Positions 29,958 to 38,115 of a stretch of DNA of 64,000 bases are shown one piece after another; position 1 is the stretch's first letter; each line of letters opens with the position of its first letter. Under the pieces are notes generated by a model, which saw only the letters and a program-made list of their open reading frames with translations, had not been told where the DNA came from and ran no database searches. The position numbers were made by a program, and so were the translations under genes. The DNA is taken from NCBI GenBank assembly GCA_016183365.1, contig JACPES010000003.1, positions 473,154 through 537,153 on the forward strand, read 5' to 3'. Source of the stretch: Candidatus Collierbacteria bacterium. Lineage in GTDB: Bacteria; Patescibacteriota; Microgenomatia; UBA1400; JACPES01.

Positions 29958-30712
29958 AATTGACTGCAATAGTTTTGATTGGGCAAAATGACAAGATGAA
30001 AGCTAAACAGGCAATAGATTCTTTGTCGTTTGCGGATGAAATAATTGTAGTTAAGGAAAAATTTCCGATTAATGATTTTGGCGAAGTCAGGAATAGGGCT
30101 TTGGATAGGGCTAAAGGAGAATGGGTGTTGTTTGTGGATAGTGATGAAAAAGTGACGCAACAACTCGCTAGAGAAATCAAGCGAGTTATCAAATTTTCAA
30201 GCCAAGGTTATTTTTTACAGCGACAAGATAAATTTCTTGGTAGGTGGTTGAAGCATGGGGAGACGGCCAGTGTCAAATTGTTGAGATTAGCTAAAAAAAA
30301 TGCCGGCCGATGGGTTAGGCCGGTGCATGAAGTATGGAAGGTTAAGGGCGAAACAGGGGAATTGAAGAATCCCCTATTGCATTATTCTCATGAAGCGGTC
30401 GAAGGGATGGTTGAGAAATTAGACAGATATAGCGGGATGGAGGCGGGGTATAAAAATAGACAAATGGTTAGATGGTTAGAATGGTTAAAATGGCTGAACT
30501 GTATTCGATTAATATCGTTTCCTGTAGGCAAATTCGTCCTTAACTATTTTTTTCGTCTGGGGTTTTTGGACGGGATGGAGGGATTTATCCACGCCGGAAT
30601 GATGAGCGGGCATTCGTTTTTGGTACGAGCGAAGCTCTTAAAGCGGTACGAATCTACCTGCCAGATTTCGCATGGACGAAGTCCAGATGGGCGGGCGAAT
30701 TCATCCGAATGA
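29954..30712 (+). CDS. GT2-family glycosyltransferase (LPS-core-type)
   Basis: LTAIVLIGQNDK...VLFVDSDEKV (DxD). C-terminal 18 aa read through a CGAATG-family repeat. Confidence 0.6.
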   Translation: MKLTAIVLIGQNDKMKAKQAIDSLSFADEIIVVKEKFPINDFGEVRNRALDRAKGEWVLFVDSDEKVTQQLAREIKRVIKFSSQGYFLQRQDKFLGRWLKHGETASVKLLRLAKKNAGRWVRPVHEVWKVKGETGELKNPLLHYSHEAVEGMVEKLDRYSGMEAGYKNRQMVRWLEWLKWLNCIRLISFPVGKFVLNYFFRLGFLDGMEGFIHAGMMSGHSFLVRAKLLKRYESTCQISHGRSPDGRANSSE

Positions 30713-30725
30713 TACGAATAAATAA
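30630..30725 (-). repeat. CGAATG-family element (C type) in inverted orientation, spanning the GT2 3' end and the ligase 5' end
   Basis: Reverse complement ATTCGTATCATTCGGATGAATTCGCCCGCCCATCTGGACTTCGTCCATGCGAAATCTG matches 12570-12630. Confidence 0.7.
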
Positions 30726-31914
30726 ATTGATGGGATTACTATTTTTAGTCGGGTGGGTGGCGGGGCAAATTACCAGATGGCATGGGAGTTTTCCGGTGAC
30801 GATTCTTGATATGGCGGTGGGGGGAATAGTGATTACGGGAGGGATAAAAGGAGTAAAGAGGATTAAAGGGGTAGGTTTGATATTAATAGCGTCGTGGATT
30901 TTAAGTTTGAGATTATTTTCTTTGGAGCAATCTGTTTCGGGAGGGCTTTATCTTTTAAGGTTTTTGGGGTATTTGTGGATCATTGCCAATGCTGATAAAT
31001 TGTTGGCTCCGGTTAAGAAACTGATTGTACCGGCTTTTTGGATTTTCGTGATTTTTGCTTGGATTCAATACTTGTTTTTGCCGGATACCAGATTTTTGCT
31101 TCAATACGGATGGGATGAGCATTATTATCGGATGATCGGAACGGTGCTGGATCCGAATTATTTGGGGGTGATGTTGGGGATGGTGGGGATATATTTAATA
31201 TACAAATATACAAATAGACAAATAGACAAATGGGGGAAAATATTATTGGCGTTTACTTTTGGCGGATTGGCGCTGACTTATTCTAGAGCGAGTTGGATGG
31301 CGGTTTTAGTATCTGGTATCTGGTATATGGTATATGGGTTGAGCCCCAGCACTACGCTTACTTGCTCCCGTGGTTTACATCCACGCGTCGCAAGAGCGCG
31401 AGTGCGGGGTTCGGGCGTACCAACTGATTTTTCTGGAGAAAAATCAGGGTTCGTCCGAAGGGGATTAGGGATATTGGGCATACTGGGTGTAGTTGCAATA
31501 CTCGGAATATGGTTCATGGCGCCAAAACCCGGTGGGGAAGGAATTAATTTATGGAGGACCAGTTCGATTGAGCAGAGAATTGAAAGTTGGCGGGAGGGAA
31601 TAAATGTTTGGCGGGAACATCCGTGGGTTGGAGTGGGATTTAATAACTATGCAGCGGCTAGAGATAAAGTACCAGAAGAAAGAAATCATGCTGAGAACGC
31701 GCCGAGCAGTAGCTGGATTTTGCTATTGGCGACGACGGGGATTATAGGAATGGGTTGGTTAGCGATGGTTGGATGGTTGGCAGTCAGAAATTCAAATAGA
31801 TTGCTGGTGGGGATTTTGGTGATGATCGGAATTCACTCAATTTTGAATAATACCATTTTTTATCCACCAATTTTGGGTTTATTAGCTATGATTAAGGTTG
31901 CCAACGCAGAGTAA
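30709..31914 (+). CDS. O-antigen ligase/polymerase-like (Wzy_C domain) membrane protein with in-frame Element A insertion
   Basis: Multi-TM protein with Wzy_C hallmark LALTYSRASWMAVLV and a periplasmic loop. Confidence 0.55.
   Translation: MIRINKLMGLLFLVGWVAGQITRWHGSFPVTILDMAVGGIVITGGIKGVKRIKGVGLILIASWILSLRLFSLEQSVSGGLYLLRFLGYLWIIANADKLLAPVKKLIVPAFWIFVIFAWIQYLFLPDTRFLLQYGWDEHYYRMIGTVLDPNYLGVMLGMVGIYLIYKYTNRQIDKWGKILLAFTFGGLALTYSRASWMAVLVSGIWYMVYGLSPSTTLTCSRGLHPRVARARVRGSGVPTDFSGEKSGFVRRGLGILGILGVVAILGIWFMAPKPGGEGINLWRTSSIEQRIESWREGINVWREHPWVGVGFNNYAAARDKVPEERNHAENAPSSSWILLLATTGIIGMGWLAMVGWLAVRNSNRLLVGILVMIGIHSILNNTIFYPPILGLLAMIKVANAE
31345..31462 (+). repeat. Element A copy 3 (subfamily 2), in frame inside the O-antigen-ligase-like gene
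   Basis: AGCACTACGCTTAC...CGCGAGTGCGGGGTTCGGGCGTACCAACTGATTTTTCTGGAGAAAAATCAGGGTTCGTCCGAAG. Translated as ...RVRGSGVPTDFSGEKSGFVRRG. Confidence 0.75.
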
Positions 31915-32614
31915 TTTTTTTCTCGGTTTGGTTTTCGGCTTTATCTTTGGCTAAAATCGTAATTTCATTTTCACCTTCATGGAGTTGAAATTTAGACGAA
32001 AACGAGCCATCTGATTGGACTGAAACGTATCTATTGTTGAGAATCAACGAGGTTTCAGCCTCTGTTTTGCCGTTGATTTCCACCGTTTTTTGATCCTGGC
32101 CGTGAAGAATCGATCCGTCCGACGGAGACTCTATTGTCAGCACAGGTGATTCATCATCGAGGTTAATAGTGATTGATTGGGATTCTTTGCTTTCATTTAA
32201 AGAGGTGTCGGTGTATTTAATCGAAACAAAATTGTCACCCTTGTTCAATTGAATTTTAGTTTCAAAATAACCATCCGAGTCGGATTCTGATGAACCTGTC
32301 AAACTGCCGTTAATAGTTAAAGATACTTTAGCCCTCGGACTGGCATAACCGCTGATAGCTATTTGGGCGCTATTTGTGGCAATGGGAGTTGAATTTATGA
32401 CCGGCGCGGGTAAAAGCCGTTTTTGTTCCTGGGAAACGGGCTGGTTTTTCGGAGCTAAGAAAATGGCCATTTTCACCAGCAATTCCAAACCGAATTTGAC
32501 GGAAATAAAACCAATGGCTAATATTATGATTAAAGAAAACAATATTAGCCTTGAAGTTTTTCTTCTTTCGACATCGGCTAAGCGGGAACGGGGCCTGCGT
32601 CTAGAAAATCTCAT
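31892..32614 (-). CDS. membrane-anchored protein with Ig-like (Big) beta-sandwich repeats
   Basis: Basic N-terminus, single TM helix, then repeated beta-sandwich-like segments (SGYASPRAKVSLTINGS ... VEINGKTEAETSLILNN). Confidence 0.35.
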   Translation of the reverse strand: MRFSRRRPRSRLADVERRKTSRLILFSLIIILAIGFISVKFGLELLVKMAIFLAPKNQPVSQEQKRLLPAPVINSTPIATNSAQIAISGYASPRAKVSLTINGSLTGSSESDSDGYFETKIQLNKGDNFVSIKYTDTSLNESKESQSITINLDDESPVLTIESPSDGSILHGQDQKTVEINGKTEAETSLILNNRYVSVQSDGSFSSKFQLHEGENEITILAKDKAENQTEKKITLRWQP

Positions 32615-33058
32615 ATTAATTAGTATACCAATTTGAGCGGAGAAAACCGGATTCTATCACGGTCATGCGACCTGGCGCCATATTGAATGATATGACGGAA
32701 GCCGACACAGCGTCAATGAGATTTATTAAAGATAAATAAAGCTTAACAATTGCTATTTTTTCGCGCAACAAGCTCTCCGCCCGTATTTTTCCATACTGTC
32801 AATTATTCGTGTACAGGGTTTTTGACATCATCGAATATAAAAGCAATACTTCAATTATTTAAATAATTGAAGTAATTATAGATATCTTTTAAAGTTGGTG
32901 GCAAGAACTAAGATAAGGCTACTGAATAAGGCAAATCACTTTGGAGCCCCCTGTCGGAATAGTCCCGCGAAGCCCCGTACCGACTGGTATAGGGCAAAGC
33001 GGGATATGGCTCCGCCAGAGACACACATCGGCGTTGTATTTGTTTATCGAGACACTTG

Positions 33059-33131
33059 AGCCAAGAGTGGGGATCGGACCCACGACCCCCGCTTTACGAA
33101 AGCGGTGCTCTACCAACTGAGCTATCTTGGC
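33059..33131 (-). tRNA. tRNA-Thr (anticodon CGU)
   Basis: Reverse complement folds as GCCAAGA/TCTTGGC acceptor, D-arm GCTCAGTTGGTAGAGC, anticodon loop TTCGTAA, T-loop TTCGATC. Confidence 0.8.
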
Positions 33132-33155
33132 AATTGTATTATTATAGAGCTGAAT

Positions 33156-34394
33156 ATGGTTTATTCCAATCACCGGAGATTAATTGTCGGATTATCAGCC
33201 GGAATTTTAATTATATTTGTATTCTTAAATTCTTTGTTTTTTAAACTATTGGTTAATTCCCCGCAGGTTTTCGGTTTATATCAGCCAAAGAAGGTCTTAG
33301 TTTTGCTTCAAAATAACCGCGAACTCCGTCCCACCGGCGGTTTTATGGGATCTTACACCACATTCACTTTTGATAAATTCAAAATCAAGGATTTCCGAAC
33401 ATACGATATTTACGATGCTGACGGCCATGTTTCGAACTATATAACTCCGCCAGAAGCCATCCAGACCGCTTTCCAACTTGGTTCCTGGAGGTTGAGGGAC
33501 GCTAATTGGAGTCCTGATTTCCCTCAATCGGCCAAAACCATTTTATGGTTCTTTGAGCAAGCCGGAATAGAAAACCCCGATATCTTTGCAGCTGTTAATT
33601 TATCAGCCGTCGAAAAAGTGTTTAAGATTTTATCTCACGATTTATATCTTAGCGATTACAACCTTAATGTTTCAGTCGAAACTTTATGGGATATTACCCA
33701 ACAACGCTCTCAAGCTGATTTTTTCCCCGGATCTAAGCAGAAAAAGGAGTTTATTTATGATTTGTCTAAGGAATTGATAAATGAATTTGGCAAATTGTCT
33801 GTCTTTCAAAAAATCAAATTGTTAAACACATTAACCGGTTTGTTCAAAATAAAGGACATTCAAATTTATTCCGCTAATTCTAGAATTCAGAAAACTTTTA
33901 CTGATCTAGAATGGGATGGAAGTTTAAAAAAACCGCTTTGCCCTAGTTTAATTCCATTTTGCACTCCGGAAAGGATTGAAATTGTCGAGGCCAATTTAGG
34001 ATCTAATAAATCCAATTGTTGCGTTACCCGGAAGGTAAAACTTGAAGTTGAGGAAAACGGTCAAACCATAAATCATAAGCTAAAAATCACTTTTTCTAAT
34101 CAGGATAATGACCAAAATAAAAAGTGGGGGGGTAGATATCTAGCTAATGTCAGGCTATTTGTTAATGATGAAGAGATGAAAAAATGGGTTAACATTTTGC
34201 CTGGATCGGAGCAAACCATTGATTTTGATTATCAACTAAATGCCGGTAACAGCTTTTTTTCTACGCTTTTCTTAACCATCCAAAAACAATCAGGGGTTGA
34301 TAAACTGCCAATAGATATTTTCTTCAAAAACGGTTTGGTCAACGGTCAAAGACACTTTGAAATAACTTCTGACAAGAATTTATGGTTGTTGTAA
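33156..34394 (+). CDS. DUF4012-like membrane-anchored protein
   Basis: N-terminal TM helix, then ELRPTGGFMGSYTTF, the motif I associate with DUF4012. Start moved to the ATG at 33156 because the listed ORF start overlaps tRNA-Thr. Confidence 0.45.
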   Translation: MVYSNHRRLIVGLSAGILIIFVFLNSLFFKLLVNSPQVFGLYQPKKVLVLLQNNRELRPTGGFMGSYTTFTFDKFKIKDFRTYDIYDADGHVSNYITPPEAIQTAFQLGSWRLRDANWSPDFPQSAKTILWFFEQAGIENPDIFAAVNLSAVEKVFKILSHDLYLSDYNLNVSVETLWDITQQRSQADFFPGSKQKKEFIYDLSKELINEFGKLSVFQKIKLLNTLTGLFKIKDIQIYSANSRIQKTFTDLEWDGSLKKPLCPSLIPFCTPERIEIVEANLGSNKSNCCVTRKVKLEVEENGQTINHKLKITFSNQDNDQNKKWGGRYLANVRLFVNDEEMKKWVNILPGSEQTIDFDYQLNAGNSFFSTLFLTIQKQSGVDKLPIDIFFKNGLVNGQRHFEITSDKNLWLL

Positions 34395-34413
34395 AATCAA
34401 CTGACTACAAATT

Positions 34414-34484
34414 GCGGGTGTAGTTCACTGGTAGAATGCTACCTTCCCAAGGTGGAGAAGTGGGTCCGATTCCCATCACCCGCT
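34414..34484 (+). tRNA. tRNA-Gly (anticodon CCC)
   Basis: Acceptor GCGGGTG/CACCCGC, anticodon stem CTACC/GGTGG, loop TTCCCAA, T-loop TCCGATT (slightly atypical). Confidence 0.65.
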
Positions 34485-34519
34485 CCCGAGTCTAACTCGG
34501 TTTATCCGAGGGAGATGAG

Positions 34520-34545
34520 GAGGGAAGTCTGACTTCCCCATTTTA
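34520..34545 (+). terminator. rho-independent terminator-like hairpin after tRNA-Gly
   Basis: GGGAAGTC-T-GACTTCCC stem followed by ATTTT. Confidence 0.4.
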
Positions 34546-34756
34546 CTGTATATAATTTATAAAAACGTTAGACGTTTCAATTTTTATAAAAGATCGTAAG
34601 CATTGGAATAAGTTAGTAGAAAAACTTCGGGCAGAAGGAAGTGAATCGGCGACAAAATGTCACGGTTTGAAAATGTTGGTTGTTGACGGAAAAGCGTGTA
34701 GATTGGCAATGCTATAGCATAGTCAATCTACAATAAATTAATCTAAAGATAGATAT

Positions 34757-35368
34757 TTATTTAGGCAGGGAGAGCTTTGTGCCGGAGATGAGCAGGTTTG
34801 GGTTACGGCCGATTTTGGCCTTGTTTAGTTGATAAATTTTAACCCATTGATAGCCATCTCCGTAAACATTAACAGCGATTTTCCAAAGTGAATCATTGGA
34901 TTTAACAATATATTCTGATTCAGGTTGAATTTTAGTTTCAGCCGCCGTAATTTCCACTTTTATTTCTTTACCATCCATTACGGTTTGTTTTTTGGGCATG
35001 GTATCAGGGATAATCAATTTTTGGCCTGTTTCAATTAAATTTGCATTTTTTATTTTATTGGCGGCAGAGATATCCACCCAATTATAACCCGACTTAAAAT
35101 ACTTTTCAGAGATTGACCATAATGTTTCTCCGGATTGAACTTCATGGACATTGGTTGCAGAAGTAGCGCCGTTTACCCGATTTAAGTCTTCAGTTTTTAT
35201 TTCAGAAATGTCAACATCGTTTTGAGGAAGTTGAGTTGAGGGCTTGCTCTTGAAATAATTGAATAAAAGGCTGCCGATGGTGATTACAACGGCTACTCCC
35301 ATCAAAGTGGAAATTAAAGATTCGTTGGATCTTATATTTTTAAGGAGAGATTTAATTTTTTGTTCCAT
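34757..35368 (-). CDS. LysM-domain peptidoglycan-binding protein (two LysM repeats, N-terminal TM)
   Basis: Two copies of the LysM pattern (HEVQSGETLWSISEKY...GQKLIIP and YIVKSNDSLWKIAVNVYGDG...GTKLSLP). Confidence 0.75.
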   Translation of the reverse strand: MEQKIKSLLKNIRSNESLISTLMGVAVVITIGSLLFNYFKSKPSTQLPQNDVDISEIKTEDLNRVNGATSATNVHEVQSGETLWSISEKYFKSGYNWVDISAANKIKNANLIETGQKLIIPDTMPKKQTVMDGKEIKVEITAAETKIQPESEYIVKSNDSLWKIAVNVYGDGYQWVKIYQLNKAKIGRNPNLLISGTKLSLPK

Positions 35369-35453
35369 AATGAAAGTAGGTACTTTCGCTGACGAAACTA
35401 ACTACTTTCGGATAGTAAATAATACGAAGGTAAATGTCAAGAGGGGAAATTTG

Positions 35454-35527
35454 CGGGGCCGACGGGATTCGAACCCGCGACCTCCTGCGTGACAGGCAGG
35501 CGCTCTAACCAACTGAGCTACGACCCC
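35454..35527 (-). tRNA. tRNA-Asp (anticodon GUC)
   Basis: Reverse complement GGGGTCGTAGCTCAGTTGGTTAGAGCGCCTGCCTGTCACGCAGGAGGTCGCGGGTTCGAATCCCGTCGGCCCCG. Anticodon loop CTGTCAC. Confidence 0.85.
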
Positions 35528-35571
35528 ACATTTACAGTTTATGATACCATTTTTGGGAGGAGAAGAAGCTT

Positions 35572-37374
35572 ATGGTAGCGGTTTCTAACAATCAATCTAT
35601 CGCCAAAATGCTGTTTGAGGTGGCGGCGGTTTTGGAAGTGACCGGAGGCGACCGATTCAGAATTCGGGCTTATCGGGAAGCGGCCAACTCGATCGAGACT
35701 TATCCGGTCGAAGTCCGTGATTTGTGGGAGCACAGGAATTTAGGAGATGTGGCCGGAGTAGGAAAAGCTATGGCCGGTTATTTGGATGAATTTTTTAGGA
35801 CCGGAAAGGTAAAACATTTTGATTCTATTAAAAAGAAAGTCCCGGCCGGAATGTTTCCTTTGCTTAATGTGAGTGAGATCGGGCCTAAGACGGCTTTTGT
35901 CCTTTCTAAAGAGCTGGGGTTAGTTAAGGCCCAAATTGCGATTGATAAGCTTAAAAGAGCTGCTACGGACGGTGAGATAGCCAAGATTGAAGGCTTCGGG
36001 GAAGAATCTCAAGCAAAGATTTTATCCGCTATCAAGGAAGCCGAGTCGAGAGAAAATAAGATACTTTTACCTGTGGCCCAAGAGTTGGCAGATAAAGTTA
36101 TTGGCTATCTCCAAAAACAGCCCGGGATTATTAAAGTCGAGGCTTTGGGTAGTTTGAGAAGAAAATCTGCTTTAGTCGGAGATATAGATATAGGCGTTGC
36201 CGTTTCAAACCCGAAAGCAATCGCGGAAAGTTTTATCAAATTTCCTGAATTTATCAAGATATTGGCAACCGGAGACAAAGTTTGCCGGGCGATTCACCGC
36301 ACCGGACGGCAAGTTGACTTAAAAATTGAGCCGTTGGAAAGTTTTGGTTCTATGTTGCAACATTTTACGGGGAGTAAGGAACATAATATTGCTTTGAGGG
36401 AGTACGCGCTGAAAAAAGGTTACTCGTTGTCGGAGCATGGGGTTAGAGAACAGAAAGCAGAGAACAGAGAACAGGAATCAGGAAACAAGAAACAGGGAAT
36501 AAGAAGGTTCGGAACGGAAGAAGAATTTTATAAAGCCCTCGGCATGCCGTGGATTCCGCCGGAATTGCGGGAAAATCGCGGAGAGATTGAAGTCGGCTTA
36601 TCAGGCAAACTTCCAAAGTTGCTGGAATTATTAGATATCAAAGGCGATTTTCATACCCATTCTGATTTTGATATTGAAACCAGCCATGATACCGGAGCTT
36701 CAGGTTTAATTGATCTGGTAAATACTGCTAAAAGATTGGGATACGAATACATCGCTGTATCTGATCACAATCCGTCTACTTCAAATCACAATCATAATCA
36801 AATAATAGACCTTATAAAGCGGAGAAATGATTATATTGATAAATTTATTTCATCTCATGAAATGGATGTGAAAATAAAAATATTTAAATCCCTCGAAATA
36901 GATATATCCGGCGATGGATCAATCGCTATTCCAGATTCGGCATTGGAGCTTTTGGATTTTGGCATAATTTCAATTCACAGTCAGTTTGTTGCCGACGAGA
37001 GCAAGCAAACGGCCAGAATTTTAAGAGCTCTTTCACATCCTAAAGTCAAAATACTGGGCCATCCGACTGGCAGGCAGCTCTTAAAACGGAACGGAATCAA
37101 TTGCGATTGGGATAAAATATTTGATTTTTGCTCCCAAAAAAATATTTGGTTGGAAGCTAACGGAAATCCGTTTAGAATGGATTTGCCGGATCAATTAATC
37201 CAGAAGGCAAAGAATTTTGGGGTTAAATTTACTTTGGGTACAGACAGCCATAATTTCAGTCAGATGGAGTATATGCCGTCCGGAGTTTCGTTGGCAAGAA
37301 GGGGATGGCTTGAGAAGAAAGACGTGATAAACTGTTTGGAATATAATGAAGTAAAAGAAAAGTTAAAAGGCTGA
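35572..37374 (+). CDS. polX: DNA polymerase X family with C-terminal PHP phosphoesterase domain
   Basis: HhH motifs, nucleotidyltransferase motif GSLRRKSALVGDIDIGV, PHP motif FHTHSDFD. A 20-aa Q/E/K/N-rich microsatellite insert sits between the domains. Confidence 0.8.
   Translation: MVAVSNNQSIAKMLFEVAAVLEVTGGDRFRIRAYREAANSIETYPVEVRDLWEHRNLGDVAGVGKAMAGYLDEFFRTGKVKHFDSIKKKVPAGMFPLLNVSEIGPKTAFVLSKELGLVKAQIAIDKLKRAATDGEIAKIEGFGEESQAKILSAIKEAESRENKILLPVAQELADKVIGYLQKQPGIIKVEALGSLRRKSALVGDIDIGVAVSNPKAIAESFIKFPEFIKILATGDKVCRAIHRTGRQVDLKIEPLESFGSMLQHFTGSKEHNIALREYALKKGYSLSEHGVREQKAENREQESGNKKQGIRRFGTEEEFYKALGMPWIPPELRENRGEIEVGLSGKLPKLLELLDIKGDFHTHSDFDIETSHDTGASGLIDLVNTAKRLGYEYIAVSDHNPSTSNHNHNQIIDLIKRRNDYIDKFISSHEMDVKIKIFKSLEIDISGDGSIAIPDSALELLDFGIISIHSQFVADESKQTARILRALSHPKVKILGHPTGRQLLKRNGINCDWDKIFDFCSQKNIWLEANGNPFRMDLPDQLIQKAKNFGVKFTLGTDSHNFSQMEYMPSGVSLARRGWLEKKDVINCLEYNEVKEKLKG
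36440..36500 (+). repeat. in-frame GAACAGA/GAAACAAGAAACAG purine-rich repeat tract in polX
   Basis: GAACAGAAAGCAGAGAACAGAGAACAGGAATCAGGAAACAAGAAACAGGG. Confidence 0.65.
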
Positions 37375-37420
37375 AAGGTTAAAAAGGTTGAAAAGGTTAG
37401 AAAGGTTGAAAGAGAGGCGG
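37370..37420 (+). repeat. intergenic (AAAGGTTGAAA)n tract between polX and lemA; a related copy lies at 59375-59405
   Basis: GGCTGAAAGGTTAAAAAGGTTGAAAAGGTTAGAAAGGTTGAAAGAG. Confidence 0.6.
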
Positions 37421-37430
37421 TGATAATTTT

Positions 37431-38018
37431 ATGAATTTAACAGTAATTTTAATAGCCTTAGCAGTAATAGCTTTAGGCTACATAGTTTCCACATATAATT
37501 CGTTTCAGACGATTAAAACCAGAATTAAAGCCAGCATTCAGGAGATTGGCAATCAGTTGAAAAGACAGACGGATTTAATTCCAAATCTGGAAACCAGTGT
37601 TAAGGGATACCTGAAACACGAGAAGTCGATTTTTGACAAACTGACTGATGCCCGGAAATCCGTGTCGGAAGCGGTGAAAACCGGTAATTTAAATAACGCC
37701 CAAGACGCGGCCGGAAAGCTGACCCAATTGATTCCGGCATTGCAGGTTTTGGTTGAGAGTAACCCGGAACTTAAGGCGAATACGACTGTCGCCAGTTTGA
37801 TGGATGAACTAAGGGATACTTCCGACAAAGTGATGTATTCTAGACGGACATTAATTGATTTAACGGCTGATTACAACCAAATGCTGGTGACTTTCCCCTC
37901 CAATATGGTTGGTAATTTATTCGGGATGAAGCAAGAAAAGGGCTTGGAGATGCCGGAAAGCGGAGAATTTTTGAAGGTGTCGGCAGATGAGACAAAGAGC
38001 CCGAAAGTGGAACTGTAA
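37431..38018 (+). CDS. lemA: LemA family protein
   Basis: N-terminal TM helix plus YNSFQTIKTRIKASIQEIGNQLKRQTDLIPNL, the LemA signature. Confidence 0.8.
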   Translation: MNLTVILIALAVIALGYIVSTYNSFQTIKTRIKASIQEIGNQLKRQTDLIPNLETSVKGYLKHEKSIFDKLTDARKSVSEAVKTGNLNNAQDAAGKLTQLIPALQVLVESNPELKANTTVASLMDELRDTSDKVMYSRRTLIDLTADYNQMLVTFPSNMVGNLFGMKQEKGLEMPESGEFLKVSADETKSPKVEL

Positions 38019-38020
38019 TA

Positions 38021-38107
38021 GCGATCCGAATGATTCTAATAATCATCCGAATGTTCCGAATAGAAGAAATTCGGATAATTCGAATGTCATTCGTGGATTT
38101 GGATCGC
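38021..38107 (+). repeat. CGAATG-family element (B type) in the lemA-htpX spacer
   Basis: GCGATCCGAATGATTCTAATAATCATCCGAATGTTCCGAATAGAAGAAATTCGGATAATTCGAATGTCATTCGTGGATTTGGATCGC, co-linear with the 3233-3317 copy. Confidence 0.8.
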
Positions 38108-38115
38108 GTTGATGT

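Noticed and set aside
32943-33017. Calling the GGAGCC...GGCTCCGCCA sequence a tRNA gene
   Set aside because: It has an acceptor-like stem plus GCCA, but no D-loop or T-loop (TTCGA-type) and no defined anticodon arm. It is kept only as an ncRNA candidate in the findings.
33105-33155. Listed start of the DUF4012-like ORF at 33105
   Set aside because: The first 17 codons overlap the minus-strand tRNA-Thr (33059-33131). The in-frame ATG at 33156 precedes a clear TM helix and is the more plausible start.
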